Positions 52,527 to 64,000 of a stretch of 64,000 nt of DNA are shown piece after piece. This stretch comes from Auanema rhodensis (Eukaryota > Animalia > Nematoda): the NCBI GenBank assembly GCA_964057225.1, contig OZ059896.1, forward strand, positions 14,198,001-14,262,000, read 5' to 3'. Both the position numbers and the translations under genes were made by a program. The notes beneath the pieces are model-generated. The model did not search any database. It saw only the letters and a program-made list of their open reading frames with translations, and was not told where the DNA came from. Every line of letters begins with the position of its first letter. The first letter of the stretch is position 1.

Positions 52527-55500
52527 TTAATAACGTCGAGGTGTAGCAACTGTGGATGGATTACCTGCAAATATTTCAAAATTCTACAATTCAGATGTAT
52601 ATTGAGCCATTTTTCTTCTAAAATTAAGAAAACATGATCTTGTGTGCCTTCACTGGATTTGAGAACATCTTGAGACATTCGAGTAGACAATGATTCACAT
52701 TTTGAAATGTTGTAAGCTTACCGTGTTCAGATGTTGGATGGACCTGATTGTGATGATGGGGTGCTAGAGGAACGACAATAGGAAATGGTGGTGTTGTAGC
52801 TTGAGGAGGTGAATCTAGAAAAAGAAATAAATTTGTTTTGAAATGTAAATTATATGTAATAGTTAGTGTTAAATAGGTTGATAAAATTCTTAAAAAGAAT
52901 TTTGTGAGCAGTATAAGTTTGTAAAGGGAAAATAAAACTAATTATACATACATATATAAACTGTATAGTATATAAAGGATAGAAAACATAAAAAATGTGT
53001 AAAATTGAAGAAAATAAATGGTTAGTCTGATAATCATGTCATATATAGTAATCTTATTATCATTTATCTATGTACATTAACAAGTACATGTGAATATAAT
53101 CAGTGTTGTGCTGGAAAAAATATTTGTAAGAAAGTAAAGATGTAAAGTAAAGAAAGAGACGGTGGACTGACTTGATTATAAGCGTTTTACATAAATTAGC
53201 ATAAACTATTACTGAATATTACGTGAAACATTTCTTATTATTATTTTAATTGTCAAGAAAAATGTTGACCGGTTGCATTCCTAAGTATCTATGATTTTTA
53301 AAAATTAAATTATTCTCTAATCTAAAGATTATATGCTATTTCTGCTATACATATAATATATATAATTATTTTAGAAGAAAGCAAAAGAAATATAGATGAC
53401 ATGCAAAGACATAATACAAAGAACATAAGCCATTTTTTGAAATTTTCAAGACCACATTATAACATATAGAATTTTTTTTATTTATATATAAATACTGTAA
53501 CTAATAAAAAGCTTAGATATACTCTTTTTGAATAAAAAAAAATTTTAAAAAACGCGAGCAATCATTGTCATCCACCTCAATCAGAAAGAGTAATCATGCA
53601 CAATACATTCATAATGTATATTTTACTTACCTTTAATCATTAGATAAGAGAACCTAAACAAGGAAATGCAGAAAAGTTTTTGTAAAAATCAGTATTTTGG
53701 TTAAATATTGTTTAAAACTTTCAAAAGAAATGAAGAATAATAAAGATTATATTCAATCTTTGAGTGTTTCTTCGTTTTCTTTTTCACAATTTATAAATTT
53801 ACCTGATCTATGCCATGGTTCTTCAGCTGATCTTCCATTACGTGTAGGTATTCCATTAGAGGGAATTGTCCGAAATCTTCCACTGAAATAATATGAAAAT
53901 TGTTTTATTTTTATTTTTTTAATTTAAAAAAAAATAAATATATGCTAATACTGTAAGCTAATAATAATAATAATTTGTGTAAATTTGTGTTTATATATTC
54001 TATTAATTATAATAATATTATAAAATTAATAAAACAGATTAGCAGTTAATTATGTGAAAATAATATTAAAAAATAAAAATAATAATCGGAATCTACATAT
54101 CACAATTGCAGCAGCAACAGCAGCATTTTAATGTTTTCTTTTCATCAATTTAAATTGATTTTATAAAAAAGAAAACAATAAATCTTATATAAATCTTATA
54201 TTGTAAAATTTAAAAAAAAAGAATTTTTAATATAAATATTAAAATTATTTTGTTGTTTTTGTTTTTTTTTAAATAAACAAAGCATGGTAAACATGACATG
54301 CAAATAACACTATCATACACAACATCTCTTTTCAACTTACTTTTCATAAAATTGAATAAATTGTAGATCTGATCTATAATTGAATCAATAAATCAATTAT
54401 AATCCAATTAATAAAGACACACAAATTACATTAAAAAAATTTAAAAAATCTAGCTCGATGAAGACAGAAACTTCTGAATTAGGTCAAAATTCTGGATGCT
54501 ATTACATCTCATCATTCAAATCAAACATGATATTTGAATTTATTTCTTGTTGGAACCATTTTTTCCTGAATTTCCTCTTGAACTCGAGAGGTTTCTGCTT
54601 AATTCTTTCAACAACTTGTGCTTGAAGCTGTACGTATTAAAGGATTGTACTCACTTCGAGCGGCTTCGAATACGGCTGAGACATTTATCCGGACTATTAG
54701 CTCTTTCTAAGGTTCGTTGACGTTCATGCTTAGCATTATGATCACGAACACATACTCGACGAAGCATCGACTTCTAGAATATTTCAGAATATCATGTCCT
54801 TTGACTGATGAACTTTGCCACACTACCTGCTCTTCCTGGCTTAGCTCACTCAGTTTGTTTTTGTGAGGAGTCATAACAATCTCACGTCGATCTTTCACCA
54901 AGCTTAAAATAGGTTTTAGAATTAGTCCAACAACATGAGCATTTGTTATGAAAAGGATTTATGAATTTACTTGATTTTACTGGCACTTCCAACCAATGGA
55001 TGAACAGATCTTTCCGCACTTTCAATCGAGTACAATGGTGCAATCTTTTCAATTCCAAAGAACTCATCCTTATGCTGTGTTGGCATTCGAGCTAAATGCT
55101 CTTCAACCATCGAATAGCCAGTCTGGAATGAAGAATATACAAAGAAGAAATACATGATTCAAATGACAAATTCTTATTTTCACAAACAGTTCTTCACCTA
55201 CTATACCAGGACAATCAAAAAAACTTTAAGATAAGTAATAGCATAGTAGTTAATACTTTAATAATTCTATACATATAATTAACTTTTTCTTTTCTTTTTA
55301 AAATTAATAAAAAAAAGTTTTAAAGTTAATTATATGATATAGAATATGTCACAAAACAATGATTAAAGGTTTTCAATTCAAATCTTCGATTTTTAGAAAG
55401 CCTTTCTCTTTTATGAAAAAATAAAAAGCAAATCAAATAAATTAATAGGCAAATCAAAAATTTTTTATTTAAAAATATTAAATTAATTAAGTTTTGACAG

Positions 55501-57820
55501 TTAAACGTGATTTGTTAGTTGTTGTTTTTTTATTTTAAAAAGTTAACAAGGGTGCAAGGAAAGTGTTTTTCTTGCTTATAGATAGATAGAGATTTTTCTC
55601 TTTTTATTTTTTTTTTGTTCAGAAAAGGGATTTAGAAGAAAAATCTCCGACTCTAATGCAGTTTCTACCATCCCACCTACATATTTTGAATATGAAATTT
55701 TGGTACAAGAAACATCCTTATGTTCAAGTTCCAATGATAATTCCAACCTGCATTTCAAAGCTGGTTGGCGTTTAGCTTATACATGCTATGCCGAATCTGG
55801 AAAAGCCTTAGCTCTTGTCAGTCAGTGAGCGCCGGATGGCAAAAACTACATTAAAGTGAAAATGGGCATAAAAACGGGAGGTAAAACGAAAAGTATAGAG
55901 TTAGAAGTTCAAAAAACACTTGAAAGAAAAAAAGGAAAAGGAAAGAAAGAGTGAGCGAGTACAAGAGAGAGAGAGAGAGAGGGATATAACCTTGTTCAGC
56001 CCGGTCCACAAAGTGTCGACTATATGGAAGCCTGTCTAAAATAATGTTTTGCCAATAATTTCATTACAAGAAAAACACATATTATTAAAAAGATATTAGC
56101 ATTTTAATAGCATATAACGTTTGAATAATTACAAATTTCCAGCCAAAAAAAGGTGTAGGAAGGATTTAGAAGCTGATTTTCTCATTTTAAAATATTATAT
56201 ATTTATCTAATTATATATATATATATATATATATAGTTAATCCTCCGCCGTTAGAATAGGATGCTGATGTTCTTAACAAACAAAGATGTAATAACTAATC
56301 ACTTTTAACAGAAAAATGGATAATATCATGTTACTTTGGATACCCGAAAAGAATTTTTAAAACGTCATCTGACTGAAACTTACAACTAAATTCTTGTCTA
56401 TTACATAGTTACATTCAAGATCATCATCATCTTCTCCCAAAGGATTCAATAACGCTTCAGCTACCTATAATATTCCTCATCATCATCATTATCAATGAAT
56501 AATATGAAAGAACTGAATGAAATACCTTCATCCAGCCCATATAAACGATGAATTGGACCATAGTTGTTACTGGTAACCAGAGATCTATCTGAATATTTTC
56601 AACAATTTTCAAACGAATTTATCGAACATTTTCAAACTACCCCGCTTTTCTTATCTCCTATTATTACAAATTGTCTTCCAATTAAGCAAATCAAAAAATA
56701 AAAACGTACAGCTAGAAATATAACCTATAAAGCATGGTTAATGCTTGTTCAACCAGAATATTATAAGAAAGATATCACCTGTGGATAAACAAGTGGTACA
56801 GGAACCCAATCATACTTAAGCAATGAGGCTAAACCATGACGAAATTTTCCAATTTCCTTTAAATTTTTTCAAATTTGTCAACAAGAAATAAAAATTACGA
56901 GCTTACATCCACAATCTTATTCATGAGATAGAAGCTTTCTATCTTTCCAGCTTGTTTACAATCATAAACTAGAGTTATACTCCATTGAATGGGGGCCCAA
57001 TATCTGTAGAATAATGGTTAATCTTTGAATCAAATTATTCCAACCTGCTGTAAGGATCCTTGATATCCTCCAAAATATCCATCTCTTCTTCGGTCATTAA
57101 ACCAGCTGCAGCTACAGTGTCCATAGTTGGAAATCGTTTTCGTACCTGTTAATCATATGATATAATTAATTTTATCTGATTCAATCAAATTCCAACCTGC
57201 ATGGATATATCTCGAAGCACAAGAGCTTGCGTCAGAACCATGTAGCGAACGAGATTTCGTCGTTGAATACGAGTCTGCTCATCTCGTCCACGAATATAGC
57301 AACCGAATAGAATGGAAGCACTAAAATAATTTTCAAGATTCAATATAATATCAAAAGATTATAGAACAAGAAAATGAAAAAAATTGTTTAAAACCTACTC
57401 GTCAATCCAGCCGATGCCATTCAATATGCTACCCCAACGTCCAACAACAAAGGTGACGAAAAATCCGAGCATAAACGTAAGAGGAATATTTGAATCCAGT
57501 TTTGAATCCAGATAGATTATGAGATTAGAAAAAACTCTGAAGAAATCATAATAATTTTAAATTTTTAGATAAAAGTGAAAATACATTTGATGGTCTTCGT
57601 TTAAAAAGTATCGATATATACAGGATATCAATAGAAAAACAAGTGTCCAAAAAAATAATTGTAAACAAACAGCCTTAATTATAAATAATAATTAGCATAA
57701 TTAGCATAATTAAATAAACAAAATACATACCTTCCATACACTTCCTCTCCAACGAAACAGAAGTTTCACAAAGCTTTGAAGGTTGGTCTGTGATACATCA
57801 AGTGTATAAGAAATTGTCAT
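52527..57820 (-). CDS. best-22: Bestrophin chloride channel
   Basis: [55 protein letters not shown] (RFP signature), [13 protein letters not shown] and the acidic cluster [24 protein letters not shown]. The longest path ends [12 protein letters not shown] at 52527. The symbol is from recalled similarity to C. elegans ZC518.1. Confidence 0.93.
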
Positions 57821-60019
57821 GTTGTTTCCTTTTCCTTTAACTCTACTTTTCTTGTGTTTTTTTTCTTTTTTTTCTTCACAAAAAAAGAATTTTCAGTTTA
57901 GTTAGTTAGTTATACGTGAAAGAGAAGAGGAAGAAGGAGAAGCGAAATACTATAACTGATTGCACATCAAGTTCTTTCGCATGCTGTATATCTGCAAATA
58001 GTCAAAACATATATTTTCATCCAAATATTCTTTTTTTCTTTTTTTTTCAAAGAAAAGCGAAGAAAAAAATGTAAAAAGACAAAAAATTATTTGAAATTTT
58101 TCATTAAAACTCAAACATATCCATATGTTTATATATGTGAAATGAAAGAATCAAATTTTAAAAATGAAGCGTTGTTACGTGAAATCTTGCGTGAAAGTTC
58201 TCATGAACTCAGAGGTAAAGTTGGTCATCAATGTGGCCAGTAGGCTGTGTCTAAGCTAGCTTAAGAAAGAGGAAATGGAGGTGGAAAGGAATAAGAGCAA
58301 GAACTTGGAAACTTGAAGAGAAGTGAAATCATGAATGAAATAAGGTACATGGAATTAATAAACGGAGGATCTATACTATGTATAGTTAATATAGAGGAAT
58401 AGTACATTTGATATAGTAATTATGATAAGGAAAAAGCGATGATTAATAGTTTATGATGTAGATGACACGCTAACATCTTGGAAAAAGGAAGAATTAAGAG
58501 TTTTACTTGGAAAAATGAATGAATAATTTAAACGAAAATGACCCCTTCCTTCATAATCAAATTGTTTTTTCTTTTTGCAAAAAGGAGGAAAAATATGTTT
58601 CTGGCTTGGTCATCTGACGGCTAAAAACGGGAGGAGGTGGCAAGGAAAAGACTAGATACGAGAACGAAGATGATTCTGGCAGAAAAAAAAGTTTTGCAAC
58701 TGAAAACATCAACAAAAGAAGTTGCAAGTTTAGTATAACATGATAAGGTCCTCTTTTTACAAAGAGTGATAGAGTTAAATAGGGTGATGACAATAGATTT
58801 TATGATGGATGAATAGAGAAAAATTAGTGAAGTTGAGTGAAGTTGTGGTGGAAGATCTATGAAAAAGGGAAATGGGAGATGATGAAGAGAGAGAGAAAGA
58901 AAGAAAGAGAGAGGGAGAGATGAAAAGAGGGTAGGGTAAGAACAGATGAAGAAATTTTGAAAGAACATAAGGGAGGGAGAAGCCTAATCAAGCAAAAAAG
59001 AATTCCATTAGAGTTGTGACTAGCTAAAGGCCTACAACTGGTGAATGAAGAAGAGAAAGACATTGAGGACGATTCACAAGATACCTTTCGTAATGAAAAT
59101 AGAAATTTGAGACCAATATTGTAAATTATTCTGAAGATTCTTTACAAAATCTGATGATATATTAGAAGTTTTGAAAGATAAATGATATTGTACATATGGA
59201 ATAGAGAGTAGACGGGAAAGCTGGATGTAGCAATGATCACGGTCATGTGAGGAAGGTTAGAAAATAGTATTTTAGGTGAAACATTTTCTTTTGAATCACA
59301 GCTTCACTATTGAAAAAAAAATTTGGCCGATAAATTTGATCAGAAAGTCATACGTAAATGAGAGAGGTCAGAGAATTCGGTACACACATCCATGTACATA
59401 CATGTGTACATGCGTTGGAGGAGGAGGAGGAGTAGCGAAGGGAGAGGCGATAACATGATGCAAGCTTGAAATGGATTGGAGATGAGTAGAAGCATGAAAA
59501 CTTGGAGGATTAATGAACATTGGACAATGAAATTTGAATATTCTTTGAACAGAAAACAGAAAATTTTTTGGCCGTTTTGAAGTTCAGATGAGAAACCTAA
59601 CGGATACTAATCTTTCAACAAAAAAAATGTGTTGGAAAGAAAGATGATAGTTTGAAAATAAGATTTTTGAACTAAAAGAATTTAGAGTAAAAGAGAAGGG
59701 TGAAAGGTTGTGTCGGTAGATGATGAAGAGATCTAAACATGCCTTGAGGGCTGAACGAAATTAAGATCCAGAAAGAAAAAAGGCACTCAGTTTATGCTCG
59801 TAGCCACAAAGAATGCAACAGAAAGGAAGAAAAATTGAAAGAGAGAGAGATTATGAGACGGAGAGAACAAGATAGAGAGAGAGTGCGATTATGAGTGCAA
59901 GCAAAATTTGAGCAGTCGGGAAGATCAGTAATGGTCAGCCACTTGAACATGAATCAGCTTCTTATACTGAGATCGACTGAAAGGTAAAAGAAATATTATA
60001 AATGACAAGACAGAATAGT

Positions 60020-60071
60020 AGAGAGAGAGAGAGATTGAGAGAGAGAGAGAGGGAGAGAGAGAGAGAGAGAG
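60020..60071 (+). repeat. (GA)n microsatellite, interrupted
   Basis: Direct inspection. Confidence 0.9.
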
Positions 60072-63000
60072 CAAAAAGTAAGAGAAGAAGGTAAGCAAGA
60101 TAGAAAGAGTGAGAGTGAGTGGGAGTACAACCAGCTAAAGCGTCATTGCTTATGGAAATGACAAGCCGATCTTACTTGAGTCACGTCATGAAGTTCAAAA
60201 TGAGAGATAATGCAAATGAGTAAGGAAGGTGTTAAAAAAACGGAAGTTAATTATATTTTATAGAAGATTATATAATATTTGAATATATTTTATATTGTTA
60301 AATAAATTATTTTGATATCTTATGGGCTATACGTATATAAGAAGAAAAAGAGATCACTCACATAATATCAAGCATGATTCAACATCATCATAAGCTTTAT
60401 CATATCATAATATATGTTAGAAATATCTTGATATTTACTTAAAGTTTTTAATTATTTATTTTAAAGTAAAAAAAAAGAAGAAAAATATAATTGAATGTTT
60501 AGATAAAAGTTGACTTTTTACATAATTTGAAAGCCAGAACAATTGTAAATTTATGTTTCATATACAAGTACTTGAATAGCGTTTTTGTTTAAAATTTAAA
60601 CATAAATCGAAACACAAAATATTCAGCAAAAAAAGGTTTTCTTTTTCTACTCCTTCTGAAAATTTCCAATTTAAGAATTGAATAAACCAGTTTTTTTTGA
60701 AAAAAAAGAGAGAAAATCAGAGAAAATTTCATGAACTAAGCCGGGGGTGATTTCAAGCTTTTTCTGACAAAAATAGCAATATATCAGGTGAAAAAAGAGA
60801 AATGCCGCACAATGACAGAAAGAATTTGAAAGAAAAATTAGGATATTTATCTTATATTTTGCAAAAAACCTTGATTTATGATTATGTGAAAGAAGAGGAA
60901 AAAAGATAAAAGAAGTAAGACAATGCTGCTGATGACGTGGATGATGCTGTTAGTTGACGATCGTGAGGATTGTGCCACTGATGCCTTAACTCTTCCTATT
61001 TATCTCTACGAAAAGCTTTCTTTATCCTTCTCTCTCGTTTCATTTTTTATCTTCACACGTTGGTTCACATGTATTCTCGAGCACTCATTCAAGCTCTGAC
61101 TCCCTCATACTACTTCTTTGGTTTTCTCGAAATAATTTTTTCTTGAAAGTTACATGCTCTTGATACTTGATCATGCCTACATTTTATTCTGTCATTCATC
61201 TGTTTCCGAATCTGGACTACGATGATGATCGGAACTAGTAATGATGGATCTAATGGTTAAGGCACGCGATGACAGACAAGCTTAGCCAATAGAAAGCTTC
61301 TTAAAGTACATTTGCCTAACTAACTACCACAAAAAATAATAAAAATGCTTCAAAAGTCCCTATTCCTGTCAGTCTCTCTCCCTTTCTCTTTGATCTTATA
61401 TAATAATAGAGCATTTTCCGAGATGTTTAAGAAAGTAAGAAATAGAGTGAACTTTCCTCTTGCCTTGCAAACACATAAGGAAGTTCATCCAAAAAACCGA
61501 AAAAACAAAGAAAACATGGTTTAAAAATATTTTTTCTTCAACTTATAATATTAAATAATGTTTTTTTAATTTGAAATATCATGAAAAAACCTCTACATCG
61601 TTGAAAATTTTATTAGAAATACGAAAAAAAAAATTGAAGAAATATTCTTTTTTTGAGATAAAAAAACAACTTTGCATGTACATGTACATGTATATATTCT
61701 CCTTCAAAATTCAGACAATGATGTGACTTCATCCTATTACATTAAAATCAAAGGAAGTCATCCAAATATAAGGAGAGAAGTTGAGAAAAGAACAAAAAAA
61801 GAATATGAGAGTGTTCGTCACAAGTTCATACACACATACACACACAGATTCTTATCTTTTTTTTTCATAAATCTCACATTGAAAATCTTTTATTTTTGAT
61901 AAAAAAAATTCTAAATTAAGCAGCTTTATAACATCTTAGTCGTTTTCGCAAAAAAAAATCACAAAATATAAAAATAATTTCCTTCTGCTCTCGTCTATGA
62001 CCAAAAATTCCATAAGCTGTCACAGCTGCATTTAGCAAAAGAAGTTTGTTTGGAAAATTCGTAAAAATTTTAGAATTAATAGGATTATGTCAGTTGAAAA
62101 TAAAAAAATTCAATGGCTACTAGTTAATTATTAATATGAAATGACACAAAAACTAAAATTTTTGATTTTTCTTTTAATTTTCATCTCAATTTTCCTCATA
62201 AAAATGTAGTCGTTATATGTATATGCATATCGACAGCTTAGACTTGTGCAAACATTCGTAAATTTAGACAAAAAAATGTTTTAAATCATTGAAATGAAAC
62301 GATTAATAGAAATTTGAATACTTTTTTTTCTAAAAATATATTCAGAAATTAAAATATTTTTTGAATAAAACAGCATGTTTATGAATGAATTTTCAATTTT
62401 TTAAAAGTAAGCAAAACAGAGAGAAAGAGAGAGAGAGGGAGAGAATATGACTTTTAAAAGAAGTTATGTTCAAGTTAATTGACAACGTTTTACTTTCATT
62501 TAGCTAGTAAGCACTTAGTACAGCTTAGAACTGGTATACCCTTCATAACAAATCCAGAAAAAAGCTGAAGAGATTAACTTTGCCTTTGGCAAAAAGGCGA
62601 CCAAAAAAACCTTTTTTTCGTTTTCCTACGTTTTGATGGTTCACCAGAATGACTAAGAGTTCATGGCAAGAGTACTGGATACTGGAAACGATTCAGACGA
62701 ACGTTGAACTCCGATGTCCGAATAGCAAACAGATTGGAAAGAGTAGCCGTTGATGGTTGTTTCCGACATCATTACAAATCCCAAAATTCAGAAAAAAAAC
62801 GAGAAAAAGATAAAAGGAAAAGACTTAAATGAGATTTCAAGAGATAAATAATATATCTATTATAATGAAATATTGTTTTATTTTTTAGTAAACAATCTAT
62901 AAAAATAAAAGATTTATGTTGTGGTATGAATCAATGACTTAAACTTAACTATCAGCTGTTCATTTCAAAAAGGTGTCATGAAGTTGAGAAAAGGCCGGAG

Positions 63001-64000
63001 TTCATGTGAAAAGTGATAATTCTTTATCACACAGTATTTTACTCAATTTTCAAACCTTAGTCTTGACTTTTCTCAAAATCTTCTGGGAAATTGGAGATTT
63101 GTGAAGACAAAACAGTTGGTTAGATTTCGTCTTAAGCTTTAGAAACTGGACAGATACAATGTTTTCTTGTTTTTCGAATAAAAACATCTATAAAAGCTCA
63201 TAATTCAGATGTTTAAGCTAAAGCTGAAGCTCGGGAAACGTATAACAAAGGCGGAAATCTGATAGAGCCTGTCATCATCAACATCAAATGTAGTTTATGT
63301 GTATTCGGTAGAAGCCAAAGGAGTTTTGCATTCATTTTTCTTTGTTTTACTTTCCGAATTCCAATGTTAAACTTAACAACTTCATGAACTTTGTAGTTCG
63401 TAACTTGACATAACTGAGCTGCAAGTTACAAAATAAAATTTCAGAAAAAACTGTAATAATATCATAATTATCAGAACTATTATTATATATAAAATATATT
63501 AGTTAAATTTAAAAATATATATATATATAAATTACGATTAATGTTGAATAAACATAAAATAGTATAGTGATGCAACCGCTTATAGTGAGAGTATTGCGCA
63601 AAATGCAAAATGCACGACTTTACACGCCAAATTTACGTGAAAACGCAGCCAAATATGAAGATTGCACGTGGAATCTGCAGGCATCGCTTTGGTACATTTA
63701 GAAAACGGCTAAATTGCGGAACAAAATCAGTTTGAACATGATATGTGTGAAAAGGGGGGGGGGTAGAGAAGCAGGAGTGAAGACCGTAGAAATATGAATT
63801 TTTGAGATCTATTTCTTATAATGGCCGAAACCATAAAGTGAAGGAATACGTAGAAACACTACAAGATTTTAAGGCTTATTGCAAAAAAATTGAAAAACAT
63901 TGTAATTTATGGAAAAATTGGACGCGGCAAGGGTGTCAGATTGACTTCTGGATGAGAGAATACACTGAGGAACACTTTGGTGCACAAACAAACATTTTGA

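Noticed and set aside
54540-54654. Bestrophin ending NFKHKLL...NKK* via a 27-nt intron
   Set aside because: 27 nt is below the intron sizes seen here; the phase-0 mutually exclusive interpretation fits better.
61258-61275. TAAGGCACGCGATGA resembles the 5' part of miR-124
   Set aside because: The match breaks after 11 nt, the 3' half differs, and no complementary arm forms a pre-miRNA hairpin nearby.
62648-62775. GC-richer island with ~35-40 codon ORFs on both strands
   Set aside because: No recognisable product or linked exons within the window; it may be UTR or regulatory DNA.
1-64000. tRNA, rRNA, SL RNA, CRISPR arrays, transposase or reverse transcriptase ORFs
   Set aside because: None recognised by eye. 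The DNA is eukaryotic, and covariance-model and repeat searches were not run.

Overview
AT-rich eukaryotic DNA with many 45-70 nt GT-AG introns, TTTCAG/TTTTAG-type acceptors and (CT/GA)n microsatellites, consistent with a rhabditid nematode. I spliced seven multi-exon genes by hand: (1) an unknown 260-aa Cys-rich single-pass membrane protein (-, 2230-3617); (2) an alkaline phosphatase with a C-terminal TM helix (+, 6424-9177); (3) a grl-4-like Ground-like protein (+, 10389-12352); (4) a class A neuropeptide-type GPCR (+, 25420-28077); (5) an 82-aa secreted propeptide-like gene convergent on the GPCR (-, 29241-29597); (6) a large + strand locus (31997-50439) in which a ~1,290-aa coiled-coil/low-complexity region can splice in frame, across a ~10 kb intron, to a PH + actin-like module; (7) a best-22-like bestrophin (-, 52527-57820). 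The main findings are a 45-nt AT-AC intron with U2-type flanks in gene 1; the predicted scaffold-PH-actin-fold fusion, which has an alternative tail-anchored ending and EPIYA-type Tyr motifs; the peptide/GPCR pair; and three alternative bestrophin C-termini. Gene symbols and synteny come from recall, not from a database search.
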